DNA from: Octopus sinensis
Lineage: Eukaryota
Reading direction: 5' to 3'
DNA: 64,000 nt
Assembly (NCBI RefSeq): GCF_006345805.1
Contig: NW_021832125.1
Location: 1 to 64,000 of the forward strand
The notes under the pieces were generated by a model that was not told the origin of the DNA, ran no database searches, and was given only the letters and a program-made list of their open reading frames with translations. The translations under genes were made by a program, and so were the position numbers. Numbering within the stretch: the first letter of the stretch is position 1; every line of letters begins with the position of its first letter. Shown here piece by piece: positions 34,735-47,932 of this stretch.

Positions 34735-36625
34735 AGGAAATTAAAGGAACAAAATCGAAAAATATCACCAAAATTATAAATAAGTAAAAAAGGAGATTAA
34801 AGGAACAAAATCGAAAAATATCACAAAAATTATAAATAAGTAAAAAAGGAGATTAATAGAAAAAAATCGAAAAATATCACAAACAGTATAAATAAGTAAA
34901 AAATGGAGATTAAAGGAAAAAAATCGAAATACAGTGGGGCAAATAAGTCATGGCACACCTATCATTTTTTTTAATTCAATATATTTTTACAATGATAACT
35001 TTTTCGATTTAGTTCATCATGCTACACAATAAAATCTTGCATTCTTTTGAACCCATTTCGTGCTAATTATATTCATGAATTTCAAATAAATATAATTGTT
35101 TTTGCTTCATATTTAGAAAAACGTCAAATTTGATGTGTAAAAAAGTGATGACACTATCAAAAAATATGGATTTTTCTGACAATAAGATACAAATGATTAT
35201 CTTTTGGTGCCTTGTTTTTCTTTGAAATAATTGATTCTTAGTTCTATTAATATAGTTGATTAGTAGATTCCGATTATTATAAATATACTTTTATTTTTCG
35301 CCTTTTATTAAAATTATCTCGTCGATGAGGAAAGAGCATTCTTTGGACCTAAAACAACGAGTTGTAACTGCCCACCAAAACGGTAAAAGTTATGGAGAGA
35401 TTTCTAAATGTTGATATTACCAAAAAATACTGTTCGAAATATTATTACTCGATAGAAGCAACGCGGAACTGTTATTAATAAACCAAGATCGGGTGCTCCA
35501 AAAAAGATATCTCTGCGTTCTTCTTCATTAATGAAAAGATTAGTTACTTCAAACCCAAAAATAACTCGAAAAGAATTGGCCGATAATTTAAAAATCACAG
35601 GAACGTCAGTGTCCCTTCGTACAATCACTTCTACACTACGCAAAGAAGATATCAATAAGCGAAGGCCCCGTCGAGTTCCGTTATTAAAGAAAATACACCT
35701 TTCAGCGCGAATCCAATATGCAAAAAATCTTTTGAACAAAGAAAATGAATTCATAAACAATATTTTGTGGTTGAACGAATCAAAAATACAACTTTTCGGA
35801 CTGAACTACACGCTTTCAATTTGGCGCAAATCAAATCAGGCGTATATCCCAAAATGCATCATACCTACCGTAAAGCACGGGGGAGGTAGTATCATGTTGT
35901 GGGGTTGTTTTTCATCAACAGGTGTTGGTGAACTATTTGTAATTGATGGAATGATGAATTCTCTTAAATATTGTGAAATTTTGGAAAAATGTCTTTTACC
36001 TTCGGTCGCGAACTTAAATTTGACACAACATTGGACATTCCACCATGACAACGATCCTAAGCACAAGTCAAAAGTAACCGTTAAATGGTTAGAAAAAAAC
36101 AAAATAAATGTTTTGGAATGGCCAAGTCAATCGCCAGACCTGAATCCCATCGAAAACTTATGGAAAATATTAAAAATAAAAGTTGGCTTAAGAAACCAAA
36201 AAATATCCAGGAAATTAAAAACAATTGCTACGAAGAATGGAAAAATATTTCTAAAGAGAATGTAAAAAAACTAATTTTTCTTACAAAAAAACGATTGGAA
36301 AAGTTCTGCTAGCAAAAGGAATGCAACTAATATTATTGATTTCGTGCCATTACTTTTTTCCCTCAAAAAATTGACTTTTAAAAAAAATCGTAAATTAGTG
36401 CACTATTAATAATTCCCCTTAAGATAGTTTTTTAATAATTTATCTAAAAAGTTCTATTTACTATAATTATTTTTAAAGTAATGTATTTAATAATTTTTTG
36501 CAAAAAATTGTTAAATTTAGTCAAAATTTGCAAAGGTGCCATGACTTTTTTGCCCCACTGTATATCACAAACAGTATAAGTAAAAAGGAGATTAAAGGAA
36601 TAAAATCTAAAAATATCACAAAAAG
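34735..36625. repeat. ~50-60-bp AT-rich minisatellite split by the Tc1 insertion (contiguous in the duplicate copies at ~49650-49900 and ~53870-54130)
   Basis: Repeated aaaggagattaaaggaacaaaatcgaaaaatatcacaaaaattataaataagtaaa. Confidence 0.8.
34932..36560 (+). mobile_element. Full-length Tc1 (DD34E) element, 1629 bp, TA TSD
   Basis: 25-bp TIR cagtggggcaaa[t/a]aagtcatggcac; VKHGGGSIMLWGCF, HDNDPKH, WPSQSPDLNPIENLW. First catalytic Asp appears as N (WLNESK), with a stop/frameshift in the N-terminus. Confidence 0.95.
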
Positions 36626-39221
36626 ATGAACTTTCAAATAATTAAATCATTAAAAGAAAATACATCCTGAATTATTCCTTCTGAATTCAATTAAGATAAA
36701 AAAATTAAAGTGTAGCAAATAATTAAGGAGCACAACAAAGTAAATCAATAGCGTGCTCGCACGTAGCATAATTTATTAGGTATTAGGTTTGCCATTAAGA
36801 AATTAAGATAATTGACAATAATTAATGAAAAAAACTTTATTTTTATTACAAAACAGTATTGAATGTCAGTAATTCTCAATTCCCTAAGGTAGATTCTTGT
36901 GGTGCATGTCGTTGGAACGAAATTCTCTATCAATTTGTGGAAATACGGACTGCTCTACCGAAATATCAAATCATAACCCTTTACAAACGGTTGAGGACTC
37001 GGTCGACACAGTTGGTGGAGCGATGCGTCATGAAAGCCAGAGGATCCATTCTCTCCGAGGTCTTCTCTCTTCTATCAAGAAGAGTGATCAATCACAATGG
37101 GCGCATGCAGTTCTGGAGTCAGTGAAGAGTCGGTTCAAACGTGTTCCGAGAGGCGGATGGTCTATTATTCTTGATGAGTTTGCTTCCAAGTTCCGTGAAA
37201 TAGCCTCCATTACTGCTTTTAAAAATCTGGCATATTTGGGCACAAAAGTTTCCGAAAAGAGAGTCTCTTCTAGTCAGCAGTCCCATTCGGACGGGCGAAC
37301 AACCCCGCCATTTGTTGAGCTTCCCTGGTTAAACGATGCAAGGAGGAATTTGTCAATGCTTATCGCTGCGTGAAGGAGTTGGACCGGACTGAGAGAAGGC
37401 CAACGAAGAAGATCCCACACTCATACGTGGATGAATGCATAATGTCTGGATTGAAAAAAATAGTTGCTGAGTTTACAGCGACCAATCCCCCGACCTGTAT
37501 TGACGAAATCTCGGATAATATATTCAGGTCAAGTGGCCTATGAGAAGTTGACTATGAGGAACCCTGCTAAGAAAGATTCAGTGGACTCTTTTGATAAGAT
37601 TATTTGCGAACTGAAGGAAAAACTAGAACTTATTACAAAATTCTTTGAAAAAGTTGACCAAGGAGGAAAAACCAAAGGCGGCAAATGCATTATCATCATT
37701 TGGGTACAGGAAAGTTCAGAATAAGCAGACTAGATTGGTGTCCTTAATAAATGACAGGATTAAGATTGTGGAAAAAAGAAAGGAATTATTTAAGTCGAGG
37801 AGGAAGTTCCGCTCTGATAATATGAACTTTGAGTTAAACCGAAGAAGGTTTTACAGGAACCTTGAATCTAAAGAGCCAGTTACTACCCAAAATCTTGATG
37901 AGGAAGAGTGTGCTGAATTCTGGGAGAGTGTATGGAAACCTAAAAACGTCTCTTAAACGGTGATTATCCGCTTCTCCGAAGAATTACTGGAGTTGAGAAT
38001 GACCCGATTAAGATTAATGAGGAGCTGTTAACGGATTTTATTAAATTTCTACCCAAATGGAAGGCAGCTGGGTGTGATGGAGTATTTAATTACTTCATCA
38101 AGAAGCTTGATTGTCTTCACAAATTTATTTATGCAGAAATAATGAGGATTATTGGAAATAATTATTACCCTGGAGAGTGGTTCTATACTGGGGTAACCTA
38201 CAGTGCTGGTAGAAAAAAACCGGTTTTGCAGTTACTAATTTTTTTGGCGGATAGCATTTATTTTTTTAACTGAATTGAATTGAACTCTTTGTAGTTGATT
38301 AGATTTATAATTTTTTTTATTTATAAAAAATTCCATTAATCGTTTAAAATTCTGAAGATTTAAATTTTAGCGTGTGAATAAAAAACCGGTTTGTATTATT
38401 GAGTGACATTTTAGTAGTTGAATTTTTAGTTTTATAAGCAAATGTTAAATAAAATAATTAAAGGGAAGATTCTTGCTCTTTATAAGTTAAATTGGACGAT
38501 AAAAGATATCGCAGATCATCTAAATACTCCAAAATCGACAATCGGAGATTTTCTTCGAAAAATCAAAAAATATGGAACTATTGATAGGATTCCTGGTTCT
38601 GGACGTCCTAAAAAGCTTCAAAAAACAGACGTTAAAATTTTATTGCATCTTGTTGAGTGCGATCCAAAAAAATCTTCTAACACGTTGAGGAATGAAATAA
38701 ACGATTTAACTGGTAAGAGTGTCTCTGTAGAAAGACAATTGGAACTTATTTAAATTCCAATTTTCTCTTCGGAAGAGTATGTCAACGTAAACCGTTGCTT
38801 TCAAAGAAAAACATAATAAAAAGATATGAATTGTCAAAAATTTTTATTCGGATGAACAATGACGCATGGAAAACTATTATTTTCTCTGATGAAGAATCTT
38901 GTTAGATTTTTAATACTAAAAAAGGCAATACAGTTATCGAACAAAAAGTTCACGTTATGAATTGAGCCATTACGCCGACAATAAAATTTGGCGGAGGCAG
39001 TGTTATGGTTTGGGGCTGTATCTCCTATCAAGGAGTGGCAATTTAGTTTTTATTAATGGAACCCTCAATTCCGCTAAATATATAAATGTTATAACGAATA
39101 ATTTGTTCGTTTCGGCGCGAAAAATGGGACTAAATCAGTTCACTTTCCAACAAGATTTGGCTCCCTGTCATCAATCTGCATTGACAACCAAGTTTTTTGA
39201 AGAAAATAAAGTTCCAATTCT

Positions 39222-40712
39222 TGTTTTTAATTTGAGAGTAAAAAACCGTTTTTTCGGTTCCATCTTCATTTTCTATCATTATTTTATTTAGGGAAATTAA
39301 TTCTTTGATAGTAAAAGTTTTTTCGAAGAAAAAAGATTCTAATTTCCTTTTTTTAGTTTTTTGATTTGTATCAAAATCTTTTTTTAATAGTACGTGATCT
39401 CCAACTTTAAAATTTTCGATTTGGCAATTTTGGAGTAAACTATTTCTTTCCATACGAGAAATGTATGATTCATTTGTAATGTCTTCTGTTTCAGTTTCCT
39501 CTAAGCTTGCTTCCTGGTCAAAGTAGGAAACATTATATCCTCGCGTATTAAAAAATGACATAAATGGTGATAGTTTAGTTGCAGAATGTACAGAAATTGT
39601 ATCTATATACTACATTGCTTAATGCAGCAGTCCATATCTTTTCTTTTCCAAATAGTTCCTTTTGAAGCCATCTGCAGAGAGTTTGGTTCCAACGCTCTAC
39701 TTGGCCTTGAGACTCGGGATGCCTTGGTCGTCCTCTCTTATGGATTATTTTAAATTGTTGGCATAAGGAATCTATTTCCGAATTCACAAATTCTTTTCCA
39801 TTGTCAGTTTGGATTATTTTTGGGGGGCCATGAGATTCAAAAATACGTCTAGGGACTCTGATACTGTAACAGCTTCCTTATTGAGAATAGCTCTTGCAAA
39901 ACAGAATTTGGAATAAATGTCGATTACATTCATTAGATACATATATGAATTATTGAAAGAAGAATAAAGTGATAGATCAACCAAATCAATCTGGTACCTA
40001 GAATAAATGATTAAAGAAACCGTTCTCGTGGTGATTTTGCTACAATATGAACAATTGTAGACTTATTTTTAATCAATGGATCAGTTTGTTTGCATTTTGG
40101 GCACATAGAAGTTACTTCTCTGATTATGAATCTTTTTATAAGAAGAAAATTATTTCTGCAGTATTCTTCCATCTTGTTTAATCCAAAGTGAAACTGAGAA
40201 TGAATCCGATCACAATGATATTTCATTGTTTCGTGATCATTCAAACAAATTACTTGCTTATTTTCACCATTTATTTCATTAAAATAAAGTGTTCCTGAAA
40301 TGAGATAGGAAAATACCTCCGATTAAAATGAAATTCTTGCATTTTTGTAAAAATCTTGATCTTTGTGTTCTTGACAATCGCTCTGGAAATTTCTCATGTT
40401 GTAAATACTGAAGAATATCATTATATTCATTATCATCTTTGACTGCATTAGCTATTCTAATCGAATCGAGATGGTTTTTCGAGCGGATATCCCTTGCGAT
40501 AGTACGCTCTAACTCTTTCTCGATCGCGTCGGCTTCCCGCCTTGAAGCTTTTAATTAATTAACTTGTAGTTATTGGTTGGTTTGTTCTAATAATTAAACT
40601 AAATTAAAAAAAAATAGTTACCGGCAGACAACAATTAAATGACATTTGAAGGTTAAAATGCAAGGCCAAATTGTTACACGTCTGGCGCCCGTTTCAGTTA
40701 TGGCGCGTGACA
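39222..40712 (-). mobile_element. Ginger-like integrase element, 3' end lost (intact core ORF in copy 3 at 56632-57489)
   Basis: 5' TIR tgtcacgcgcc ends at 40712; HCDRIHSQFHFG...CPKC; DLVDL, TDNGKEF, SQGQVER. Confidence 0.85.
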
Positions 40713-40722
40713 TTTATTAACC

Positions 40723-42610
40723 ATGCGGAAGTGTACTCGGTTATCTTTTGAGGAAAAGCAAAGAATTTTAAATTTCATTGATGAAATAAGGCTCTTAGCT
40801 TAAATCGAATTGCCTCAATTTTCTCGATTATTTTGAAGAAAAAAATTTCCAGAAGATGCCTAAACAATCTAAAAATAAATAAAAGCGAAATAGCCTCTAT
40901 TAATCCAATTTTTGGGGGAAAAAGTCGTTTATCTTGCGGAAAATTCCCTGCACTAGAATCGGAAGTTGTATCTTGGCAAATAGAATTGGCTGGAGGATTT
41001 CTTGATGACAATGCAATTTTATTAAAAGCAAAAAGTATTGCAAGATTGCATGGAATAACTGATTTTATGGGAAGCAATGGATGGCTTTCCAGATTCAAAA
41101 AGAGAAACAATTGGATGGCTTCCAGATTCAAAGCTCAAGGACTCGAGAGAGGGCCTCTGGTTCCGCCAGCGCATCGGCCTGGCCATTGTTCGGGGCAACG
41201 CACACTGCGTCCTCGCCGCTGGAACTTAACGATTTTCGGTGTTAGTTGTTTTTGTAAAATAAAAAAAAAATTAAAAAAAAAATTAAAAAAAAAATTTAAA
41301 ATTAAGATTATTCCACGGAGAATCTGGCTCAATAACTGAAAATCTAAATGAGCAAATTGAAAAATTTCAAATAATTTTATCTACGAAATTACAACAATAT
41401 GATCGTGAAAATGTTTACAATGGTGACGAAACTGGTGTTTTTTATAAAAATGTTCCTTCAAAAAGCATTTGCTCAAAAACTCGACCTGGAAATAAAATCC
41501 TTAAAGATCGGTTGAAACTTTATAATCATTAGTAGATTTTCGCTATTTCTGTGTACAAATATGGCCGGGTCAGATAAGAAAATTCCATTAATGATTGGGA
41601 AATATCAGAAACCAAGATGTTTTAAAAACATTAAAATTGAGAAATATTTAAAATACTGTAATTCCTCAAAAGCATGGATGACTCAAAAAATTTTTAATGA
41701 ATGGCTTTATCATTGGGATATTGAATTAAAAAAGAAAAAAAGAAAAATTCTTTTAATTTTGACCAATGCCCATCACATAAAATATTAATCGAATTAAAAT
41801 TTATTGAAATTCTTTTTCTTCCTCCGAACACCTCAACAATATTGCAGCCGATGGATCAAGGAATAATTCGTTCCTTTAAAACTAAATTCAATAAGTTCAA
41901 ATTTAATGAGATTCTTCAGAAAATTGAATGCGGATATGGCATTCATGAATCATACAAAAATTTAACACTTAAAGATGGAGTTTTATTTACCTTTTGGTTG
42001 GAATAAAGTCACCGAAGAAACTATCAAAAATTGCTTCAGGCATGCTAAGTGGATTCCACGTAAAGAGCAAATTCAATCTTCTAACTATACGATTGAGAAA
42101 TATGAGGAGACAATAAAGCAATTGAATATTTTGGATCCAATGGAACAATCAGATTTTCTTGATTACACGTACACTGAAATAGACGAAGTGGAAGAATCCC
42201 TCGAAAACGATGATGACGTAAATGAGAAACAAACACGTGGTATTTTTGAAGAGAAAACACCTGCGAATGAAATAAATCATGAAGAGCGTTTAAAATGTTG
42301 CATAATATAAAAAAGTACTATACTCAAGACGATACTTTTAATATTAACGCAATCCAAATGATCAATCAATTAATCAAAGATACGATATTTACTAAAAAAC
42401 AACATTGAACGATTATTTTAGTCTAAATTCGTAATTTGACTCTTTATTTTCGAAATAATGATTTTTTTATTATTTAATTTAATTATTTTTAATTTTGTGA
42501 ATATAAAATTTGATTAAAAATTGATATTGATTATTAAGTTACTCGCCAAATTCAGTTACTCGCCATTTTTGGCTTGGTCCCAAATTTGGCGAGTAAACGG
42601 GGTTTGACTG
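40723..42610 (+). mobile_element. pogo/Tigger transposase (CENP-B HTH plus DDE) with a 26-nt intron, an internal CRE tip and the right TIR
   Basis: MRKCTRLSFEEK; FMGSNGWLSRFKKRN; YNGDETG; KDR|FSLFLCTNMAGSDK; LQPMDQGII; TIR ending ...gtttgactg|ta at 42610. Confidence 0.9.
41133..41290 (+). mobile_element. Extreme 3' tip of the CRE family of 2509-4353, inserted in the pogo ORF
   Basis: Near-identical to the reverse complement of 2560-2672, followed by an A-rich tail. Confidence 0.85.
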
Positions 42611-43348
42611 TATTCAGAAGTTAATTGATAGTATGCCTAAAAGGTCATACGAGCTATTTATTACTCGAGGATACCACACAACATATAAACTGTTGATTTT
42701 GTTAACTCTTTTTGTTAAAACCGGTTTTTTATTCACATGCAAAAATTTAAATTTTTAAAATTTCCGCCGATTATTGAAATTTTTTAAAATTAAAAAAGAG
42801 TATACATATAATCAACTTCAAACTCTTTATTTCATTTAAAAAATTAATAGCTATACGCCAAAAAAATTATTAACTGCAAAACCGGTTTTTTTCTACCAGC
42901 ACTGTATTTGGTTCCAAAGTGTAAGAACCTGACTTCTCCAAAGGAGTTGAGGCCTATAACATGCATGCCGTCACTGTATAAGTTGATGACTAAAACGGTC
43001 ATTGATGTCTATAGCAGGTTGGTTAGTTAAAAAAATCTTTATAGATTTGCCTTCGCTAGGCCTCTTTATAATAAGTCAGGCAAAAAAATATCGGAAAATT
43101 TAAAATCATTATTTTATTCAAATTCTTCAGTCAGACAATGGATAAGTCCCAGTCATGTTGTGCGCCAATATGTCAGGAACACATAAGTTAAAAGCACTAT
43201 TGATCGGGAAACCAAAATTGCCCAGATGTTTCAAGAATTATAATTCCTTTCAAAAGGGCTTGGATGACAGCATCAATTTTTGCGAACTGGATTACGAATT
43301 TTGACAATTTATTGAAAATTGAAAATAGATAAATTTGTTATTAATCAA

Positions 43349-45420
43349 TGTGACCGGCACATTAATGGACCGATTGCATAAATTGCAAAATAAATTATAT
43401 AAATAAATATTAACCCATTGTAGAGATATGTTTTTATATAAATTGTAGCATAATTTTATATTTTTTATTATTTTTTATTTACACGTGTTTGATGCGTTTG
43501 TTGGAATTGACTAGGGAACAACTTGAAAAAATTGACAAATTCCAATTTCATCAATAGCTGAGAATTCATTAGACAAGAAACAACGATTTCGATTAAAAGA
43601 GCTATCGCAAAAATTTGTTTTTGAAGACGGTAAAGCGTTTTTACTGAAGGGTGACCTAAAATTACGGTTCTTTGCAGTTGAAGATAAGGAACTGAAATTA
43701 AAGATAATTGAGGTAGTTTATCTGCTTTATTGAAGTCTGAGCATAATAAAAACCATTTTGGCCGAGATAGACTTAGTAGTATGTGGAGGAATACTTTCTA
43801 TAACATAATGAAAGAAGATATCCGCTTTGTTTTAGACTAGGGGTCGGCAAATCGCGGCCCAAATTAGGCCCAGGAAGATTTAAAAATGGCCCGCGAACAA
43901 ATTTTATAATATTAAGGGAAATTGGCCCGCCGACAAATTTTTCCAACTAACATGGCCCGCGGGCAAATTTAGTAAAGTACTAGATTCTAGTACTAGGAGA
44001 AAAGAATTATGATGCTTCATATTTCCGAAATACTGATAATATTTCCAAATTGGCATTTTTTGTAGACATAACTTCACATCTAAATGACTTAAATTTGAAA
44101 CTGCAGGGAAGTAATAAATTTATACACCAAATGTATGCCGAAATCACTGGTTTTGAAAATAAATTGAAGTTGTGGGAATTACAGTTACAAAAAGGAAACA
44201 TGACGCATTTTGTGACTTTTCTTTCTACGAATCCGACTGATGTTCGGAATATGCAAACATAGTTATGGAATTGAGATCAGAATTTTCATCACGTTTTATG
44301 GATTTAAGAGTGAAATGCGCATATATAATTTTTTAGGCTCATAAAAATCTTTTCAACATTTTTTCAATCCCATTTGATGTTGAAACTGAGACAGTACCAG
44401 GGTGTTATCAATTGGAAATACTTGAAATTCAATGCGACAGTACACTTAAATCAAAATATTTTTCTGAAATGGATATTTTGAGCTTCTACAAAAATTTTGT
44501 ATGTGTCAGAAAATATCCGCAATTAACCGACAATGCTATGAAAATGGCTTGTATATTTGGAAGCCATTTTTATGTGAACAGTTATTCTCTAAAATGAATA
44601 ATGTAAAAAATTGTCTGAGAACGAGGATTACCGATTCACATCTTAACGATATATTACGTTTAGCAACTAGTCAGATTAATGAGTAAAATAAATTCACTTC
44701 TTTATAATCATTTTTAACTGATAAATTTTTATTTCGTAAGAAAGTTGCAAAAAAAACTTGATACAGAAAGATCGCAATGTGCAAGTGTTGCCTTATTTTT
44801 GTGACCGATAAGGATTTTTTCTCGTTTGCCCCGGATCGCATACAAAAATAAAATTTTGGCCCGCGAAGACAAAAATCCTGCCGACCCCTGTTTTAGACAA
44901 ATGTGTTTATTGTCAAGTATTGGCTATTTATTTATTAGCTAGTCCAAAAAATTGATGGCAACCAAGCCACCTATCACTCCAATCATTGCCAGAGGTCCTA
45001 GAGACCGTTATATCGCAGATCTTATAGATCTCAGAAGATATTCAGAAATAAATCGATCAAACTCGTGGGTAAACTTAAATAATTATTTATATGAAGGTTC
45101 TAGTGGTCATTGATTCGTTTACTAAGTATGCTGTTGTAGAATTAGCAAAGAATTAAAGTGCATTGGAAATTTCATCTCTACTTGAGAATATTTTTTACGT
45201 TATTGGAGAACCCGTCATTCTCCAAACTGATAACGGAAGGGAGTTTCGCAATTCTGAAATGGATAAGCTGTGTGAATTTTCTAAAATAAAGCATATCTGT
45301 GGAAGACCTAGAGCACCTTGGGTACAAGGACAAGCTGAAAGGTTTATTTTAAAGCTATAATAAAAAGGTTCAACCAATCAATTAAACGGTGGATATCCTC
45401 AACAAGTGCTTCATCTGGAA
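43349..45420 (+). mobile_element. Ginger-like integrase with four micro-introns, interrupted by a hAT element
   Basis: Left TIR tgtgaccggcac; introns at 43713-43735, 44917-44942, 45069-45096 and 45342-45367 give HNKNHFGRDRL...CVYCQ|SKKL...RDRYIADLIDL...SW|VLVVIDSFTKY...TDNGREF...QGQAER|FNQ. Confidence 0.85.
43838..44890 (+). mobile_element. Non-autonomous hAT (Charlie/Buster-like), 1053 bp, 8-bp TSD TTTTAGAC, 27-nt intron at 44310-44336
   Basis: TIR [t/c]aggggtcggc; TSD at 43830-43837 and 44891-44898; LAFFVDITSHLNDLNLKLQG; FGSTFLCEQLFSKM (copy 3). Confidence 0.9.
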
Positions 45421-45465
45421 GTTTTGGAGTTTACTTCAACATTATAAAGAGGATCGTATATGATT

Positions 45466-46200
45466 ACTAGGGCGATTTTTTTTAACCTGAAAAATAAAAA
45501 TTTTAACCTAAAAACTTTAACTTTATTAACCTAAAAACTAAAAAAATTAACCCAATAATTTAACTTTGTAAATAAACAATAAAAACACTAAAACTGTTTG
45601 TTGCACATACAAATTACATAATTTTCTAAATTTTCTTGTAGAAAATTTCGGTTGGATCTTAGAAAACTCTTTATTAGAGAGAAAGTTCTTTCAACCGAGC
45701 ACGAGGTCGGCTGACAATTCAGAAGTAATGCATACTCGGCAGGAGATATTTGTGAATTAGTCATTCTAATTATGTTCGAAATATCGTTTGTTTTAAGCCT
45801 TTTAATTATGTATTCTTTCCAACGATTCTAAACAATAATATGCCTGTTCAATTGTGAAGCGCGTACTTTCAAATTTCGTAATAATATCTGCAATAGCGAC
45901 ATTTACTCGAAAACCTGGAATGTTTGAATAGCTTCGGATAAGGTCACATAGACTGCTCACTAATACATTGTTTCGAAGACTTTCTTTGGCTGTCGAACTA
46001 GATATCCATCATCCGCGAATGACTCGAAAATATTTTGTACTCCGATCAGATTTTCTGAATAGTAAGTAGCGGCCTTAAGGCAACTCCCCCATCTTGTCAA
46101 ATGCACACGAGGTGGAATGGCGATGTTTCTGTCTTTAAATATTCGTTATGATTTGATTGACACAGCATCTAGCCTTCGATGGTGAGGGTACTCGCACAGA
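45466..46200 (-). mobile_element. Fragment of a second hAT-like transposase family with a probable 27-nt intron
   Basis: IPPRVHLTRWGSCLKAATYYSENL (TRW motif); NIP|DIITKFES after removing gttttcgagtaaatgtcgctattgcag; end tagggcgatttttt at ~45466. Confidence 0.6.
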
Positions 46201-46239
46201 ACCTCCGTAAAACAATTCTCTAAGCCATGGCATAGATAG

Positions 46240-47932
46240 TTTGTTTAGCGGAATATCGGATTTAATGAATGCTCTACGATATGCGAAGATCTGTTTATCG
46301 GATACGATACGTCTCGGACAATCTGGTCGGACCTTGAGGTATCAATGAAAAAGCATTTGACACCGTATCCAATACAAAACATCTCTTCGAATATACAAAT
46401 TGAAAAACTTGATAAAATTCTCAGAGAAGCTATACTGGACTTTCTCCGAAAATCTTCAATCAGGAAATACATCATGTCAAATACTAACAGAAAAACCCGG
46501 ATTGACGAATCTTTGGGAAAACTTATAAAATGGAAGGGAAACCTTGAAAAGAAGCTAAGACGATGCAGTGACCCCATAGATCGTATTCGTCTTCGGGATA
46601 AGATTCGTACCGTGAAAATAGAGATAAATGATGTCGCAAAAAAACATTCAGACCTTGCTTGGAAGAGTCAATGCTCGAAACTGAATAAGAAAAACCCTCA
46701 TTTTTGGAAGGTTTTCAACAGACTGAGTAATATGGAGAACAAAGGAGAAGAGATCCGACTAAAAACAACTGAAGGAATAGATATCCCGCTCGATGAAGTT
46801 CCCTCACATCTGCGAAGTCAACTGGCAAAAGTTCAAGAGGTGGATCCGATCGACATGGTTCCGAAAGAAGTTATATGTGAGGCTCAGAGAAGTCTAAGAG
46901 CTAATTTGAGTCATACGGGACCACTGTGCAGAGACATAACGTTGGAAGAAACGTATGCCGCAATTATGAGCTGCAAGAATAATGCACCCGGCCATGACTA
47001 CATTCCAATTTCTGTATTCAAACATGCTCCAAATATTCTCCTACGATACTTGACCGCACTATACAATGCAAGCTGGAGACTTGGATACGTACCGGACTCT
47101 TGGAAAAAGTCAATCGTACGTATGATTCCAAAGCCTGGAAAAATAAAGGACCATGCAGAGAACTATAGGCCGATAAGCCTAATATGCTCCGTCTCTAAAA
47201 TTATGGAACGGATTGTCTTCACAAGACTTTCGAACTTCGTAGAGGAATCAGGTGCACTTGCAGTAGAGCAGTGGGGATTCCGACGAAAAAGATCCTGTGG
47301 TGATTGTTTCGGAGAACTCGAGAAAGTCATCTCGCTTAGTCTTGCTAATAATACAGCGACTATTGCTATCTGCCTCGATGTCTCAAAAGCTTTTGACAGC
47401 GTATGGCACCTGGGCCTCTTGGAAAGTGTCGCCAAGAGCAAACCCGGGTCTAAAACGGTCAATTGGCTGAAGAGCTATTTATCAATGAGAAGGTCATACA
47501 TACGATGCGGAAACCGTTTGTCGGAATCTGTCGATCTCAAAAGAGGGGTACCTCAAGGCTCGGTCTTGAGCCCCCTGCTTTTTAATATTTACGTTGCTGA
47601 TATTCCAAAACCGAAAGATCCTACCAGTCGTCTCATGATCTACGCGGACGACATATTAATAACGGATGCTTCGTGGAGAAAAGACATCTCGTGGAGGAAG
47701 TTAAAAGGATACGTGACAAGAGTGGAAGAATGGTGCATATCAAAAGGACTGACGCTTGCAAAAGAAAAGTGCACCGCCACTTGGATTGCAAAACAGGGAG
47801 CAAAACGAAAACCGCCGAGAAACCTCTATGGGTTTACAGTAACGGAGAACCTGAAATACCTTGGGGTTGAAGTTGGATCCAAGGGTTCTTACTTCAGATA
47901 CATCGACTCGAGGAGAAGTGATACATCGACTC
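46240..47932 (+). mobile_element. Jockey-like LINE ORF2 fragment with an intact RT stretch, truncated by the duplication junction
   Basis: NYRPISLICSVSKIMERI, QWGFR, CLDVSKAFDSVWH, GVPQGSVLSPLLF, IYADD, LKYLGV within a 544-aa ORF. Confidence 0.9.

Larger units (their letters stand above)
38201..42904 (+). mobile_element. IR/DR-type Tc1 element swollen to 4.7 kb by nested Ginger, pogo and CRE pieces
   Basis: TIR cagtgctggtagaaaaaaaccggttttgcagtta at both ends; TA at 38199-38200 and 42905-42906; inner aaaaaaccggttt repeats near 38380 and 42720; transposase at 38442-39220 with C-terminus IQKLIDSMPKR after 42612. Confidence 0.85.
36860..43020 (+). mobile_element. 5' half of an R4/NeSL-like RLE retrotransposon interrupted at a TA by the 38201-42904 Tc1
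   Basis: FELNRRRFYRNL...FWESVW...LPKWKAAGCDGVFNYFIKKL...WFYTGVT|Y LVPK...LRPITCMPSLYKLMTK is restored after removing the insert. Confidence 0.85.

Noticed and set aside
38442-44700. Frameshift differences between copy 1 and copy 3 as biological decay
   Set aside because: Most are single-base homopolymer indels, typical of long-read consensus error.
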